Counted from the first letter of the stretch, positions 20,403-31,750 are shown. The stretch is 64,000 nt of DNA from Longimicrobiales bacterium (GCA_965218295.1 CBDCKN010000003.1:320001-384000); one strand, 5' to 3'. The notes: generated by a model from the letters alone, not told the origin. A program made the numbers and translations.

Positions 20403-22539
20403 ATGGCAACGAAAGAGAAGGAGATCATCACGACACCGGACGAGCCGGGCATCAACCCCGACTGGTTACTAGACGCATACCGAACCATGGTCACCGCCCG
20501 GCGGGTGGATGACCGTGAGATGGCCCTCAAGCGCCAGAACAAGATCTTCTTCCAGGTCTCGGGTGCCGGACACGAGGCCATTCAGGTTGCGATGGCCGCC
20601 CACCTGAACGGCGGTTACGACTGGTTCTACCTCTACTACCGCGACCGGGCGCTAGCCCTCGCCATCGGGCAGACGCCCCTCGACCATCTCCTCGGGGCCG
20701 TGGGGGCACACGACGATCCGAACAGCGCAGGCCGGCAGATGCCGTCGCACTTCGGAGACGTACGGTTCAACATCGCCAGCGCATCGTCGCCCACTGCTAC
20801 CCAATTCCTCCCGGCCGTGGGAGCCGCCGAGGCCGGGCAGCACGTCGGGCGAGTTCCGGAGCTCGAGGACAAGGTCACCGGATTCCGGGAGGACGAAGTC
20901 GTTTTGGTCTGTGCAGGGGATGGAGCCACCTCGGGGGGTGAGTTCTGGGAGGCACTGAACGTCTCCTGTAATCTCAAGCTCCCAATCGTGTTCCTGATCG
21001 AGGACAACGGGTATGCCATCTCGGTTCCCGTGGAGGTCAACACGGCGGGCGGGAGTATCTCCAAGCTCGTCGAAGGCTTTCCGGATCTTCTCATTCGAGA
21101 GTGCGACGGCACCGACGTGGTGGACAGCTACATGGCTGCCGGGGAGGCCGTGGCGCACTGTCGCTCGCGGAAGGGGCCCGCGCTCGTCCACGCGCATACG
21201 ATCAGACCATATTCCCACTCGATGTCGGACGACGAGCGGACGTATCGGCCCGAGGCCGAGCGAGCGGAGGAGGCCAAGCGAGATCCACTCCTGAGGACAC
21301 GGGCGCTCCTCATCGACCGGGGGATCTCGACGCCCGAAACCCTCGACGCTCTCGAGGAGGAGATCCAGGCGTTGGTCGCGGCCGACGCCGACGAGGCCGC
21401 GAGTCATCCGCAGCCGGCCCCCGAAACGGTGTTGCAGCACCTCTACTCAGAGGACGTCGACCCCGCGGGACCCGACTTCGACAACGAGGATTCGCCCGAC
21501 TTCACGGGACGATCGAGATCTGACCGTCGTCGATCTCCTGAACGCCTGCATGCGCGACGAGCTGGAACGGGATCCCCGAATCCTCGTCTTCGGGGAGGAC
21601 GTGGCGGACGCTTCTCGGGAAGAGATCCTGTCCGAGGTGAAGGGCAAAGGGGGTGTCTTCAAGGTGACCCACGGCCTCCAGCGCCGTTTCGGAGGCCAGC
21701 GGGTCTTCAACACTCCCCTTGCCGAGGCCAGCATCGTGGGTCGGGCGATCGGGATGGCCCAGCGCGGCCTCAAGCCCGTGGTCGAGATCCAGTTCTTCGA
21801 CTACATCTGGCCGGCGTTCATGCAGATCCGGAGCGAGCTGGCCATCATGCGATACCGGACGGCTGGGGCCTTTTCGGCTCCGGTCGTGATACGTGTTCCG
21901 TACGGGGGATACTTGAAGGGTGGCGGTCCCTACCACTCACAGACGGGGGACACGCTCTTCACGCACACACCCGGCCTCAGGGTGGTATTGCCGTCCAACG
22001 CCCTGGATGCCAACGGGCTCCTGAGAACGGCCATCCGCTGTGACGACCCCGTCATCTTCCTGGAGCACAAGCACCTCTACCGGCAGGTCCACAACAAGGG
22101 CCGGTATCCGGGCAAGGACTTCATGATCCCCTTCGGCAAGGCGAAGGTGGTCCGCCCAGGCTCGGATCTGACCATCGTGACGTGCGGCGCCCTGGTGAAG
22201 CGCTCCATGGACGCCGCGAAGACAGCGGCGGACCAGCACGGCATCGACTGCGAGGTCATCGATCTACGAACGCTTTCGCCCTTGGACATGGAGTCTGTGG
22301 CCGCGTCGGTAAAGAAGACCAACAAGGTCCTCGTCACCCACGAGGATTCCCTCTCCTGGGGCATCGGCTCGGAGATCGTGGCCCGCATCGCGGACGAGCT
22401 CTTCCCTTGGTTGGACGGACCGGTGCGGCGAGTGGCGTCGATGGACACCTGGGTCGCCTATGCGCCGCAGCTGGAAGAAGTCATCCTCCCCCAGGCCAAA
22501 GACGTCCTCGAAGGAATCCTGGACCTGGCGAAGCACTAG
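20403..22539 (+). CDS. 2-oxoacid (probably branched-chain) dehydrogenase E1 alpha/beta fusion with a +1 frameshift near 21510
   Basis: Alpha: [33 protein letters not shown]. Beta: [32 protein letters not shown]. Removing one base near 21510 gives a continuous [22 protein letters not shown] linker. Confidence 0.85.
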
Positions 22540-23829
22540 TCTTTGGATTCCGGTTGGGTGCTCTCCGGCGGTCCCCTGGCGGCTTCGGGCAGGATCAGAC
22601 GGACTGCTCGCCGATAGAAAACGTAGTTCCAGGCCCAGTTCACCAGGACCAGCGCGCGGTTGCGGAATCCGATGAGCCAGGCCAGGTGGATCGTCAGCCA
22701 CAACACCCACGCAGAAAAGCCCGTGAAGGATCTTCCCCGGACGCTGGCGACCGCGGCGTTGCGCCCGATCACTGCCAGCATTCCAAGGTCCTTGTAGACG
22801 AACGTGCCGGGCGCCTTGCCGGCGATGAGCCTTGCGATGCTGTCCGCCGCCGAGCTCCCCTGCTGAAGGGCGACCTGAGCCACCTGTGGCAACGGTTTCC
22901 CTTCCACCTCGAGAAAGGCCAGGTCCCCTACCACGAACACCTCCGGGTGGCCCGGCACCTGTAGTGTCGGCTCCACCGGCACGCGTCCGGACGGTCCCGC
23001 CGGAAGCCCCCACCGGCCCATCGCCGGATCACCCTGAACTCCCGCCGCCCACACAACCGTGTGGGTCGGGAGCTCTCCCTGGGCACTCGTCACGGCTGCG
23101 TCCGGTCGGACTGCCAGGACCCGCGAGCCGAGCCGGACCGTCACGCCGCGTTTCTCCAGGCGGGCGCACGCATACTCCTGCAGGCGTCCCGGCATGCCCG
23201 GAAGAAGGCGCTCTTCTCCCTCCACGAGAATCACGTCCACTTCATCCGGAGAGATGTCCCCGTAGTCCTTCAGCAGGGGACCGTAGATCAGCTCTGCCAG
23301 CGCCCCGGCATACTCCACTCCGGTGGGGCCCCCACCGACGATGGTGAAGCGAAGTAGGGCGCGACGCTCCTCCGGGTCCGATGCCTGGGCCGCCCGCTCG
23401 AAGCAAGCCAGCACGTGGTAGCGGAGGGGGATGGCGTCGTCCATCGTCCGGAGCGGGAAGGAATGGCGGGCAGCACCCTCGACATCGAAGAAGTTCGGGA
23501 CGCTGCCCGGAGCGAGGACCAGATAGTCGTATTGCAGGGAGTCGCTCTCGGTGACGACACTTCTCGACTCGAGGTCGAGCTCGCGCAGCTCCGCCTTCCG
23601 GAAGTCGACCAGCGGCTCTCTTCGGAAGAGACTCCGTATGGGGTAGGCGATCTCTCCCGGACCGAGCTCGGCGGCGGCCACCTGGTAGAGGAGCGGGAAG
23701 AAGGTGTGATAGTTATTGCGGTCGAGCACGATCACCCGCAGCCCGTGCCGGGACGAAGCGCCTCGCCGCCCACAGGCCCCCGAAGCCTGCTCCCACGACC
23801 ACGATCCGAGGATGCGATGGAGGGTCCAC
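22536..23829 (-). CDS. ndh: Type II NADH dehydrogenase with a +1 frameshift near 23754
   Basis: GTG 23829 frame gives [17 protein letters not shown] (first GxGxxG); the ORF-track frame continues [36 protein letters not shown]. Confidence 0.85.
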
Positions 23830-24060
23830 GGACTAGAGGCCTGTTGAGGAAGTGGGGCGAGCCGCGTTAGGAGCGCCACGGGGCCAGACCCTAGGCGGCG
23901 CCCCGAAGGCATAGCAATAGCTACGTCGAGGGGCGCCAACAACGGGGGCACCGCGCGAAGCGTGGTCGGCCCCGTGCCGCCCTAACCGGGCACCGACAGG
24001 GCGCCAGCCCTGTTGGTCGGGCGAAGGGGGGTTGCGGGCCCATAGCGCGTCTCTCTTCCT

Positions 24061-25438
24061 GAGGTTGGGTCAATAGGTGTGTAAACGTATTAGGCGGCGT
24101 TCTTCCGCTGTTGGTGTGAGACGGGCTTTCCGTCTTCGAACTTTCTTCCTTCAAATACGTCCTTGAGGAGGTGAGGAGCGTCGAGCCTTCGGAACCGCTT
24201 CTCAGCCACCAAGAGCAACTTCCAGATTAGCGCCGTAGCGCTCTCGACCCGCTTGAACCGCTTCGCTGCTGTCGTCCTGAGCCGTACCGCGGCGAACGGG
24301 CTCTCGACCACGTTCGTCGTGCGTAGATGCTTCCAGTGGTCCTCGGGGAAGTCGTAGAACGCTACCATCCGCTCCCAGTCGTCCTCGAGTACGTCCACTG
24401 CTTTCGGATACCACGGCCTATAGCGTCGGGCGAACACCTCGCGGGCCTTCAGGGCCTCGGCCCGGCTCGGTGCGTAGACCACGGCCCGGAGAAGATCCTT
24501 CGCCTCGCCCTGCTCCCGCTGAGGTAGTCGGTCCAGCACGTTCCTCATCTTGTGGTTCCAGCACCGTTGCTCACCCGCCTCAGGCCATACCTGCCGTACT
24601 GCGCCCCAGATCGCAGCGTTACCGTCCGCCATCAGAAGCCGGGGCGCCTCGATGCCGCGTGCCTTCAGGTCCCGCAACACCTCGGACCAGGACTCGACCG
24701 ACTCTCGGTAGCCCGCTCTCAGGGCCAACACCTCTTTCGTCCCGTCTCGCATGGCACCCAGCACCACCAGCAGCGCCGCTTTGTCCCGCTCCAGCCCTGC
24801 CTTCACATAGATCCCGTCCGCCCACACGTAGACGACCTCACGACCCTCCAGGCGACGCTGGCTCCATTCCTCGAACTCCGCCGTCCATCCCGCCCGCAGC
24901 CGCCGAATCGAAGACTTCGACAGCGGTGCCCCCTCGCCCAGCAGGCCCCGCATCGCCAACTCGAAGTCTCCCTCCGCCAGTCCGTGCAGATACAGCTCCG
25001 GAAGCAGAGCGCCCAGCTCCTTCGTCCGCCTCGCGAACAACGGCAGCACGCGGCTCTCGAACCGCTCCTCAAGGCCTCGAACTCGAGGGCGTCGGAGTGT
25101 GATCGTGCCCGAGCTCATCGCCAGCCGCCTCGGCTTGCCGTATCCGTTGCGGTAGCCCTCGGTCGCGTCCACCACCCTCCTGCGCTCTGACTTCTCTCGC
25201 CCTAGCAACTCCGTGACTTCCTCCTCCAAGATCTGTTGAATGAACTCCTGCGCCTTCTCCCGAACCACTTCTTCCAGAACTTCCCACACGGGCGTCCTGG
25301 ACTCACCCTCGGGTCCCACCGTATTCTTCCTCACGAGGCGTCGTTCCTTTCCCCCGGGCTGTCACCCGGAGTTCGCTGGTTATTACTCAGCGGAAAGGTA
25401 CGTCGCCTCTCTTTTTACACACCCTTTGATCCTAGCTC
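24061..25438 (-). mobile_element. IS256-family element, copy 1 (1378 bp)
   Basis: Imperfect TIRs GAGGTTGGGTCAATAGGTGTGTAAA / GAGCTAGGATCAAAGGGTGTGTAAA; 8-bp TSD CTCTTCCT. Confidence 0.93.
24090..25334 (-). CDS. IS256 family transposase
   Basis: YRNGY, YVWADG, MADG, QRCWNH, RTTNVVES. Confidence 0.93.
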   Translation of the reverse strand: MRKNTVGPEGESRTPVWEVLEEVVREKAQEFIQQILEEEVTELLGREKSERRRVVDATEGYRNGYGKPRRLAMSSGTITLRRPRVRGLEERFESRVLPLFARRTKELGALLPELYLHGLAEGDFELAMRGLLGEGAPLSKSSIRRLRAGWTAEFEEWSQRRLEGREVVYVWADGIYVKAGLERDKAALLVVLGAMRDGTKEVLALRAGYRESVESWSEVLRDLKARGIEAPRLLMADGNAAIWGAVRQVWPEAGEQRCWNHKMRNVLDRLPQREQGEAKDLLRAVVYAPSRAEALKAREVFARRYRPWYPKAVDVLEDDWERMVAFYDFPEDHWKHLRTTNVVESPFAAVRLRTTAAKRFKRVESATALIWKLLLVAEKRFRRLDAPHLLKDVFEGRKFEDGKPVSHQQRKNAA

Positions 25439-25624
25439 CTCTTCCTCGCCGTAGCGCTGCTACGCCTCGTCATCGTTCGTTCTTCGCCTTCGGCTCAGGT
25501 GTCGCGGAACACCACTGCGCACGCCGAACACCAGGTCCACGACGTTCTCTGGTCACCGCAAGACCGGGGCACCCGCGCCGTAGGCGTGGGTCGCGCGGCC
25601 GCACCCCACTTCCTCAACAGGCCT

Positions 25625-26821
25625 CTAGTACTTCGGGAGGCTCGGGTCGATCTCGTCCACCCAGGCGAGGATGCCTCCTGTGAGGTTGTCCACACGCCTG
25701 AAGCCCGCGTCCACCAGTGCGCCGGCGGCCATGAGGCTACGCGCACCGGACCGGCAATACACCACGATCTCTCGATCCCGGGGCAGCTCGTTCATCCGAT
25801 CGGGTAGCTCGCCAAGGGGGATCCGCACCTCCCCATCGGCATGAACGCTCACGATATCCCACTCGAAAGGCTCCCTGACGTCGAGAAGCAGCGGTGGCTC
25901 GGCGTCGGCGAGACGCTCCTTCAGTTCCCTGGGGCCAACCTCGCCGATGCCATTCGGGGGCTCTTGTTCCGTCTCTCCAGCCCCCGCCGCGCCTTCATCC
26001 TGCGAGCGGAGTCCGCAGAAGTCCTCGTAGTCGATGAGACTCGTCTGGGTCGGCACGTCTCCACATACCGGACAGTCCGGGTTCCGGCTCAGCGCGACCT
26101 CTCTCCAGGTCAGGTCCATGGCATCGAAGATGAGGAGCCGCCCGCTGAGGGTGTTGCCCTTTCCAAGGACGAGCTTGATGACCTCCAAGGCCTGAAGCGA
26201 ACCGATGACCCCCGGGAGGACTCCCAACACGCCGGCTTCTGCGCAGTTGGGCACGAGGCCCGGAGGGGGCGGCTCACGGAAGAGGCAGCGGTAGCAAGGC
26301 CCGTCATCGAGTCCGAAGACCGAAACCTGCCCTTCCCAGCGGAAGATCGAGCCATAGACGTTGGGCTTGCCCAGGAGCACGGATGCGTCGTTGACCAGAT
26401 AGCGCGTCGGGAAGTTGTCGGTACCGTCCACCACCACGTCGTACGGCTCGAGAATCTCCAGGGCGTTGTCGGAGCTCAGTCGTACGGGGTGTGCGACCAC
26501 GTCCACGTGCGGATTGATGTCCGCCAGTCGGTCCTTCGCCGATTCGAGCTTGTGCCGCCCAATGTCCTTGGTGCCGTGCAGGATCTGCCGCTGGAGGTTG
26601 CTGGCGTCCACCTCATCGAAGTCCACCAGACCCAGTGTGCCGATTCCGGCGGCGGCCAGGTAGAGGGCCAAGGGTGAGCCGAGGCCCCCCGCACCCACCA
26701 CCAGCACCCGAGCCTCCTTGAGGCGTTGCTGGCCCTCTAGTCCCACCTCGGGAAGCGACAGATGTCGGGCGTACCGGGTCAGCTCCGCCGGCTCCAGCTC
26801 AGGATTGCGACGCTCTGCCAA
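25625..26821 (-). CDS. moeB: Molybdopterin-synthase adenylyltransferase MoeB/MoeZ (ThiF + rhodanese)
   Basis: RYARHL, GAGGLG, SNLQRQ, DGTDNF, PCYRC, CPVC, C-terminal YCRSGARS. Confidence 0.92.
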   Translation of the reverse strand: MAERRNPELEPAELTRYARHLSLPEVGLEGQQRLKEARVLVVGAGGLGSPLALYLAAAGIGTLGLVDFDEVDASNLQRQILHGTKDIGRHKLESAKDRLADINPHVDVVAHPVRLSSDNALEILEPYDVVVDGTDNFPTRYLVNDASVLLGKPNVYGSIFRWEGQVSVFGLDDGPCYRCLFREPPPPGLVPNCAEAGVLGVLPGVIGSLQALEVIKLVLGKGNTLSGRLLIFDAMDLTWREVALSRNPDCPVCGDVPTQTSLIDYEDFCGLRSQDEGAAGAGETEQEPPNGIGEVGPRELKERLADAEPPLLLDVREPFEWDIVSVHADGEVRIPLGELPDRMNELPRDREIVVYCRSGARSLMAAGALVDAGFRRVDNLTGGILAWVDEIDPSLPKY

Positions 26822-26860
26822 GGTCGAGTCTCTGTCGTGAAAGGGGGCGCGATCTAATGT

Positions 26861-26915
26861 GTGGTGTTACAGAAGTGTCTCGACCATTCGAGCTCGCGAA
26901 CTTCTGTAACACCAC
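26861..26915. repeat. Minimal palindromic member of the CTAGTG-type family; possible terminator
   Basis: 16-bp perfect IR GTGGTGTTACAGAAGT / ACTTCTGTAACACCAC around a small inner hairpin; shares AAGTTCGCGAGC with the 2171 and 17244 copies. Confidence 0.65.
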
Positions 26916-26977
26916 TCTAGCGAACTTGCACCCCCTCGTGGGATTCGGGTTCCCCGGCCGGGAAGGCGATGAAGTCT

Positions 26978-29164
26978 CTATTGCTCAGAGGACAGGTAGC
27001 GGAGGCCTCCCAGGGCCGTCGTGCGGAAAGCGGCGGCCTCTTCGGCCAGGTCGTTCACCTCCTCCGTGGCCACTCCGGCGATGGCCGCGGCGTCGGCAAG
27101 CTGAACGAACAGGAACTGATAGTGGAGCGGGATGTTCAACGTGCTGCGATCCTGCCAGATGTCCCGGTCCCGGATCCCTCGGTACTGATAGACGTCGCGC
27201 ACCAGGGTGAGATTCCGGTCGAGGTCGAACCACTGGCCACCCATTCGATCGCTTCCCTGCACCAACCCCTCCGGGCGCTCCTCGTTCAAGTTCCGCATCA
27301 CCAGCTTCGTCGTGAGGCCGTGACGGATCCCCCAGTCCTGCAGGCCGAGGTCTCCCAGCAGGCCAGCGGAGCTCGCGAAGTAGACGGGACGCTGTCCGAT
27401 GGAGTCGTGGATGAAGCTCAGAGCCAGGCGATGGCCGCGGTCCAGGTACGTCCCCGCCGGATACGTTACCACCACGGCGCCGAGCGGTAGGTCCAGATCG
27501 TCGGGAATCCTCCCCGACCCCACGGCATCGAGGATTTCGTCGCTGGCTCCCGTGATGGCCGAGTCCGGGATCGGGGTGGCAGGATAAAGGCCCACGGCGA
27601 ACTCCTCGCTGAACGCCCTCTGCCGCTCCGGCTCCGTCATGTCCCGGAGCTGCTTGGGATACCAGTCCGTGTAGAGGTATTGGAGGACGATGACGCTCAC
27701 ATCCTTCCGAATTCCCTCGATCTCCTGCAGGTACCAGAGCGGGAAGGTATCGTTATCCCCATTCGTGAAGAGGATCCCGTACGGCTCGACGCTCATCAGA
27801 AGATCGTAGGCCCAATCACGCGGGGCGTAGTCCCCCGCCCGGCTGGCCCAGGCCCAATTGTAGGCCAACGGGATCAGGGCGACGATGAAGATCGGAGCTG
27901 CCCACCGATATGCCGCTCCGCCACCCCAGTGGTCCGAGAGTGCCGACCAGAACCCCGCGAGACCGAGCCCGGCCAGGTTGCCCCACAGAATGAAGCTGGC
28001 CACGAAGAAGTAGTCTCTCTCACGCACCTCGTGGGCCAGCCGATCCGTTACGTGGGGGGCGAGTGAGAATCCGTATTCGAAGTTCAGATAGACGACCAGG
28101 CCAAGCGTGACTGTGGCCGTCAGAGTCACCATGTACGCGAAGATGTACCGATCCGCTCGCCACACGACGAGAAAGCCCATGAACCCCATGGCCATGAACA
28201 GCACGGTCGCCGGCAGACGGGCGCCCATGGGCAACGACCCGAGATCGGCTCCTCTCGCCCACTGCCAGTCGAAGTACTGGAAGTAGTTGAGCAGCTGATC
28301 CCGGAACGGTGCCTGCCGTTCGCCGAGGGGGGGCTTGGCGTACTGCTCCCGACTCAGGGACGAGGCCAGAGCCGGGCAGCCGGCCTTGCCGTTGGTGTAG
28401 ATGGCCACGGCCACCCCACCGGCAGACGTACAGGTAGGATCGCCCTCGTTTATTATCGGATCCTGGGCCGCGCGAATGGGCAGGAAAACGCTGAACGACA
28501 GCCCCAGAACCACCAGGGGAACGGCACGGATCCAGAATCCCTTGCGCAACAGGACCGCTGGACCCGCCAGAAGCACGAAGAGACCGAAAGCAGGCAGCGG
28601 AAGCACCGACATGAGATGGTTGGCAGCCCCCAGAACCATAACATATAGGGCTCCAAGTAGCGCCCTCAGGCCCGCCGGCTCGTCCTGCTGGTCATACCAA
28701 CGGAGCAGCAGCCACGACGCAGCGGCCACGATGGCCACACTCACCGTATAGACCTTCTCGTTCGCGTTCGACTGATTCCACACGGTGTACGCCGTAGCCC
28801 CCATGAGGGCCCCGGACGCGGCACCCACGATGGCCATCCAACGCTCTTCGAGCACCGCCGAGAGGATCCGGTGGCCGATCATGAAGAAGAAGAACGTGGC
28901 CGTTGCACTGGTGAAGGCGGCCAAGAGGTTGATGCGGACGGCCACGGGCAACCCAAGCGGCGCCAGCAGCAGGCTCCACGTGCGGGCCAACGACACGAAC
29001 AGCGGATTCCCGGGCGGGTGAGGGATACCCAGCAGGTGCCCCGTAGTGATGTACTCGCTGGCGTCCCACCACGCCGTCGTGGGTGCCAGGGTCCACACGT
29101 AGAGCGCGAAGATCGCCGCTCCCACGAGAGCGCCGGCTCGGTACGGCGGTCGATATCCCGTCAT
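26978..29164 (-). CDS. DUF2723 / TMEM260-like membrane glycosyltransferase
   Basis: TLAPTTAWWDASEY, GIPHPPGNPLF, EVRERDYFF, FTNGDNDTFPLWYLQE. Confidence 0.85.
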   Translation of the reverse strand: MTGYRPPYRAGALVGAAIFALYVWTLAPTTAWWDASEYITTGHLLGIPHPPGNPLFVSLARTWSLLLAPLGLPVAVRINLLAAFTSATATFFFFMIGHRILSAVLEERWMAIVGAASGALMGATAYTVWNQSNANEKVYTVSVAIVAAASWLLLRWYDQQDEPAGLRALLGALYVMVLGAANHLMSVLPLPAFGLFVLLAGPAVLLRKGFWIRAVPLVVLGLSFSVFLPIRAAQDPIINEGDPTCTSAGGVAVAIYTNGKAGCPALASSLSREQYAKPPLGERQAPFRDQLLNYFQYFDWQWARGADLGSLPMGARLPATVLFMAMGFMGFLVVWRADRYIFAYMVTLTATVTLGLVVYLNFEYGFSLAPHVTDRLAHEVRERDYFFVASFILWGNLAGLGLAGFWSALSDHWGGGAAYRWAAPIFIVALIPLAYNWAWASRAGDYAPRDWAYDLLMSVEPYGILFTNGDNDTFPLWYLQEIEGIRKDVSVIVLQYLYTDWYPKQLRDMTEPERQRAFSEEFAVGLYPATPIPDSAITGASDEILDAVGSGRIPDDLDLPLGAVVVTYPAGTYLDRGHRLALSFIHDSIGQRPVYFASSAGLLGDLGLQDWGIRHGLTTKLVMRNLNEERPEGLVQGSDRMGGQWFDLDRNLTLVRDVYQYRGIRDRDIWQDRSTLNIPLHYQFLFVQLADAAAIAGVATEEVNDLAEEAAAFRTTALGGLRYLSSEQ

Positions 29165-29258
29165 CCCCTACCCTGGTGTGAGAAGTGATGCACGTGACCG
29201 GACTCGCACGACCTTGTAGCCCGTCCGCCCTCCACGGTTCCGCCTACCGCCTGTGAGG

Positions 29259-30530
29259 TCAACCGTCGGACGGCAGTCCCTCCCGGCCCGCGCTGTCCAG
29301 AAGCTCCAGGACCCGGTCCAGATCTGAAGGGCGATTGTAGATGTGGGTGGACAGGCGCATCCAACCGTAGTCGTACTCTCCAATCACCCGCGTGCGGATC
29401 TTGGCGGTGCGGCTCAAGTGGGCCTGGAGCGCCAAGGAGTCGATACCCTCCATCCGGAACGACACCATTCCGGAAGACAGCTCGTCGCCCTCCGGAGACA
29501 CGATCTCAACGCTCGGCAGGCTCTCCAACTCGGCCCGCAGCAGTGCACGGAGATAGCGCACCCTGGCCTCGATCCGGTCGACCCCCAGCACGCCATGGAA
29601 CTCCACCGCCGCCAGGAGACCGGCGAGGCGGGACTCATCAAAGGTCCCGAGGTGGTTGAACCGCTGGGCGCCCAGATCGAGATCATCCCAGCCACCCGAG
29701 GCGAGGGTCGGCCAGAGCCGGGTCCGCCATTCGCTCGTCATGTAGAGCAGCCCCGTCCCCTGTGGCGCGAGCAGCCACTTGTGGGGTGAGGATACGTAGA
29801 AGTCGCCGCCCAGATCCCGGAGGCTGACCCGAAACATGCCAGGGGGTTGCGCGCCGTCCACCGCGAAGACGATGGACCGGTCACGGCAGACCTGGGCCAG
29901 CTCGGCGATGGGCAGTACGGTGCCCGTCGTGAACGTGACGTGGGAGAGGGCCAGCACACGGGTACGAGGCGTGAGGGCTCCCACCACGGCGTCCAGAAGC
30001 TCACCGGACGAGCGGGCAGGCGTCGGAAGGCGAGCGGTCTCCAGCGAGGCTCCGCGACGCGCGCACACCAGCTCCCAGGGCTTGTACCCGCCGATGTGCT
30101 CATGGTCGGTGACGACCACCTCGTCGCCCACCTCCAGCTCGAGGCCGTTGGCCACGAAGTTCATGGCTTCCGTCGTGTTCCTCGGGAACACGAAGCCCTC
30201 CGGGTCGGCATCCAAGAGCGCTCCCATGGCCCCCTTGAGATCATCCCAGCAGACACCAGGTGGGTAGGTGGCCGCCACGCGTCGCGCGTGCTCGGCAACC
30301 GCCTCCACGACCACCCTGGGGGACGGCCCCAAAGTCCCGTTGTTCAGGTAGATACGATCGCTGGGGATGAGGAACTGACTTCGGACGAAACCCCAGAACT
30401 CCTCGTCATCGGGAGTCCCACCCACCTGGAGGTCGCGACCGAGGGCGGCAACGGCGTGAGGCCAAGCCAGGGCCGCCGCCCCGGCGGCGTGAAGAAAGTT
30501 GCGTCGTCCTATGCTCATCGGTCGGATCAT
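29259..30530 (-). CDS. Tat-exported class V PLP aminotransferase (isopenicillin N epimerase/cysteine lyase-like)
   Basis: GRRNFL Tat motif, YLNNGTLGPSP, DGAQ, SPHKWLLAPQGTG. Confidence 0.85.
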   Translation of the reverse strand: MIRPMSIGRRNFLHAAGAAALAWPHAVAALGRDLQVGGTPDDEEFWGFVRSQFLIPSDRIYLNNGTLGPSPRVVVEAVAEHARRVAATYPPGVCWDDLKGAMGALLDADPEGFVFPRNTTEAMNFVANGLELEVGDEVVVTDHEHIGGYKPWELVCARRGASLETARLPTPARSSGELLDAVVGALTPRTRVLALSHVTFTTGTVLPIAELAQVCRDRSIVFAVDGAQPPGMFRVSLRDLGGDFYVSSPHKWLLAPQGTGLLYMTSEWRTRLWPTLASGGWDDLDLGAQRFNHLGTFDESRLAGLLAAVEFHGVLGVDRIEARVRYLRALLRAELESLPSVEIVSPEGDELSSGMVSFRMEGIDSLALQAHLSRTAKIRTRVIGEYDYGWMRLSTHIYNRPSDLDRVLELLDSAGREGLPSDG

Positions 30531-30609
30531 GTTCGCCCCCCCAGACGAACGCAAGCGCGTGGGATGCGGCTGGCGGCCCCCTCCGCCCCACTCGTAGCTT
30601 CATCGATCT

Positions 30610-31707
30610 ATGCGCACAGTCAGAACGTTCCGCTCCGTGAGGAGCTGGCTTACCGGCAAGGCCGACACGAGTGAGTACGAGACGCTCTTGAACCGAGGCG
30701 ACAGAGAGGTCCCGGCCTCGGTGATCGTTCCGCGCGCGGCGGGCCGCAAGCTGCCGGGGTGGATCGTCCTCCACGGCCTCACCCGACCGGGCCGATTCCA
30801 CCCCACTCTACTTCGCTTCGTACGGGCTCTCGCGTCATCCCAGGCTGCCGTGCTCGTCCCCCAGGTGCCCGAGTGGAAGAACCTCCGTCTTGCCCCCGAG
30901 TACACACTCCCTACTGTACGGGCCGCCCTCGAGGGGCTCCGCCGCCTCGACGCCACTGACGATGGTCCCTACGGGATCATCGGCTTCTCGTTCGGAGCCC
31001 CCCAAGTCATGATCGCGGCTTCCCACGAGGACATCGCCGAGCAGCTAGGAGGTGCCGTGGGCTTCGGGGGCTACTGCGACATAGAACGCATGGTGCGATT
31101 CCAGATGACGGGCGAACATGAATGGGGGGGAGTCACGCACCGCGTCCGGCCGGATCCCTACGGGCGATGGATCCTCGGCGGAAATCACCTGGTCTCCATT
31201 CCCGAGTACCGTGACTCACAGGATGTCGCCGACGCGCTGTGGCGCCTTGCCGTGGAGGCCGGTGAGCGGCGCATCCTGGCGTGGGATCCCTCGTTCGATG
31301 CCCTGAAGAACGAGCTCAGGAGGCAGGTGGTGCCGGAGCACACGTGGTTGTTCGACCTGTTCGCCCCTCCCTCGGACCGTGAGCCGGACATGAGCGGATC
31401 CGAGGACATCGCCAAACGGCTGGCTGAAGCCGTCACGGAGTCGGTACCCCTCATGGACCCCAAGCCCTACCTCGCCCGAATCCGCACGAAAGTCCAGCTA
31501 ATACATGGAGAGGACGACCGGCTCATCCCCTACACCGAGACCTTGAGGATGCAGGCGTCGTTCCCGACGGAACGGCGCGTCGACACCACCATCACAGCCT
31601 TCTTCGCCCACTCCGATCAAGGAGGGCGTCTCTCGTCACTCCGGCACGAGTTTCGTGAGGGTCTGAAGCTGGCGCGGACACTGGGTCGCGTGCTGGGGAT
31701 CGCCTAG
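30610..31707 (+). CDS. Alpha/beta-hydrolase fold protein
   Basis: LHGLT, GFSFG nucleophile elbow, IHGEDDRLIP. Confidence 0.7.
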   Translation: MRTVRTFRSVRSWLTGKADTSEYETLLNRGDREVPASVIVPRAAGRKLPGWIVLHGLTRPGRFHPTLLRFVRALASSQAAVLVPQVPEWKNLRLAPEYTLPTVRAALEGLRRLDATDDGPYGIIGFSFGAPQVMIAASHEDIAEQLGGAVGFGGYCDIERMVRFQMTGEHEWGGVTHRVRPDPYGRWILGGNHLVSIPEYRDSQDVADALWRLAVEAGERRILAWDPSFDALKNELRRQVVPEHTWLFDLFAPPSDREPDMSGSEDIAKRLAEAVTESVPLMDPKPYLARIRTKVQLIHGEDDRLIPYTETLRMQASFPTERRVDTTITAFFAHSDQGGRLSSLRHEFREGLKLARTLGRVLGIA

Positions 31708-31735
31708 TGTCCCGTTACCAAAGTCTCGGCGAGCC
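31704..31735 (+). repeat. Solo end of the CTAGTG-type MITE family at a TAG stop codon
   Basis: CTAGTGTCCCGTTACCAAAGTCTCGGC resembles the reverse complement of the right end of 17243-17410. Confidence 0.6.
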
Positions 31736-31750
31736 GTGTAAGGTCGGATC

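Larger units (their letters stand above)
23833..25628. mobile_element. About 400-bp MITE-like element (GAGGCCTGTTGA ends) inserted at CTAG and later interrupted by IS256
   Basis: 26-bp perfect IR ACTAGAGGCCTGTTGAGGAAGTGGGG (23832-23857) vs 25604-25629; non-coding, hairpin-rich interior. Confidence 0.75.

Noticed and set aside
23830..23951. N-terminal extension of ndh shown in the ORF track
   Set aside because: It reads through MITE sequence; the true GxGxxG N-terminus is in another frame from 23829
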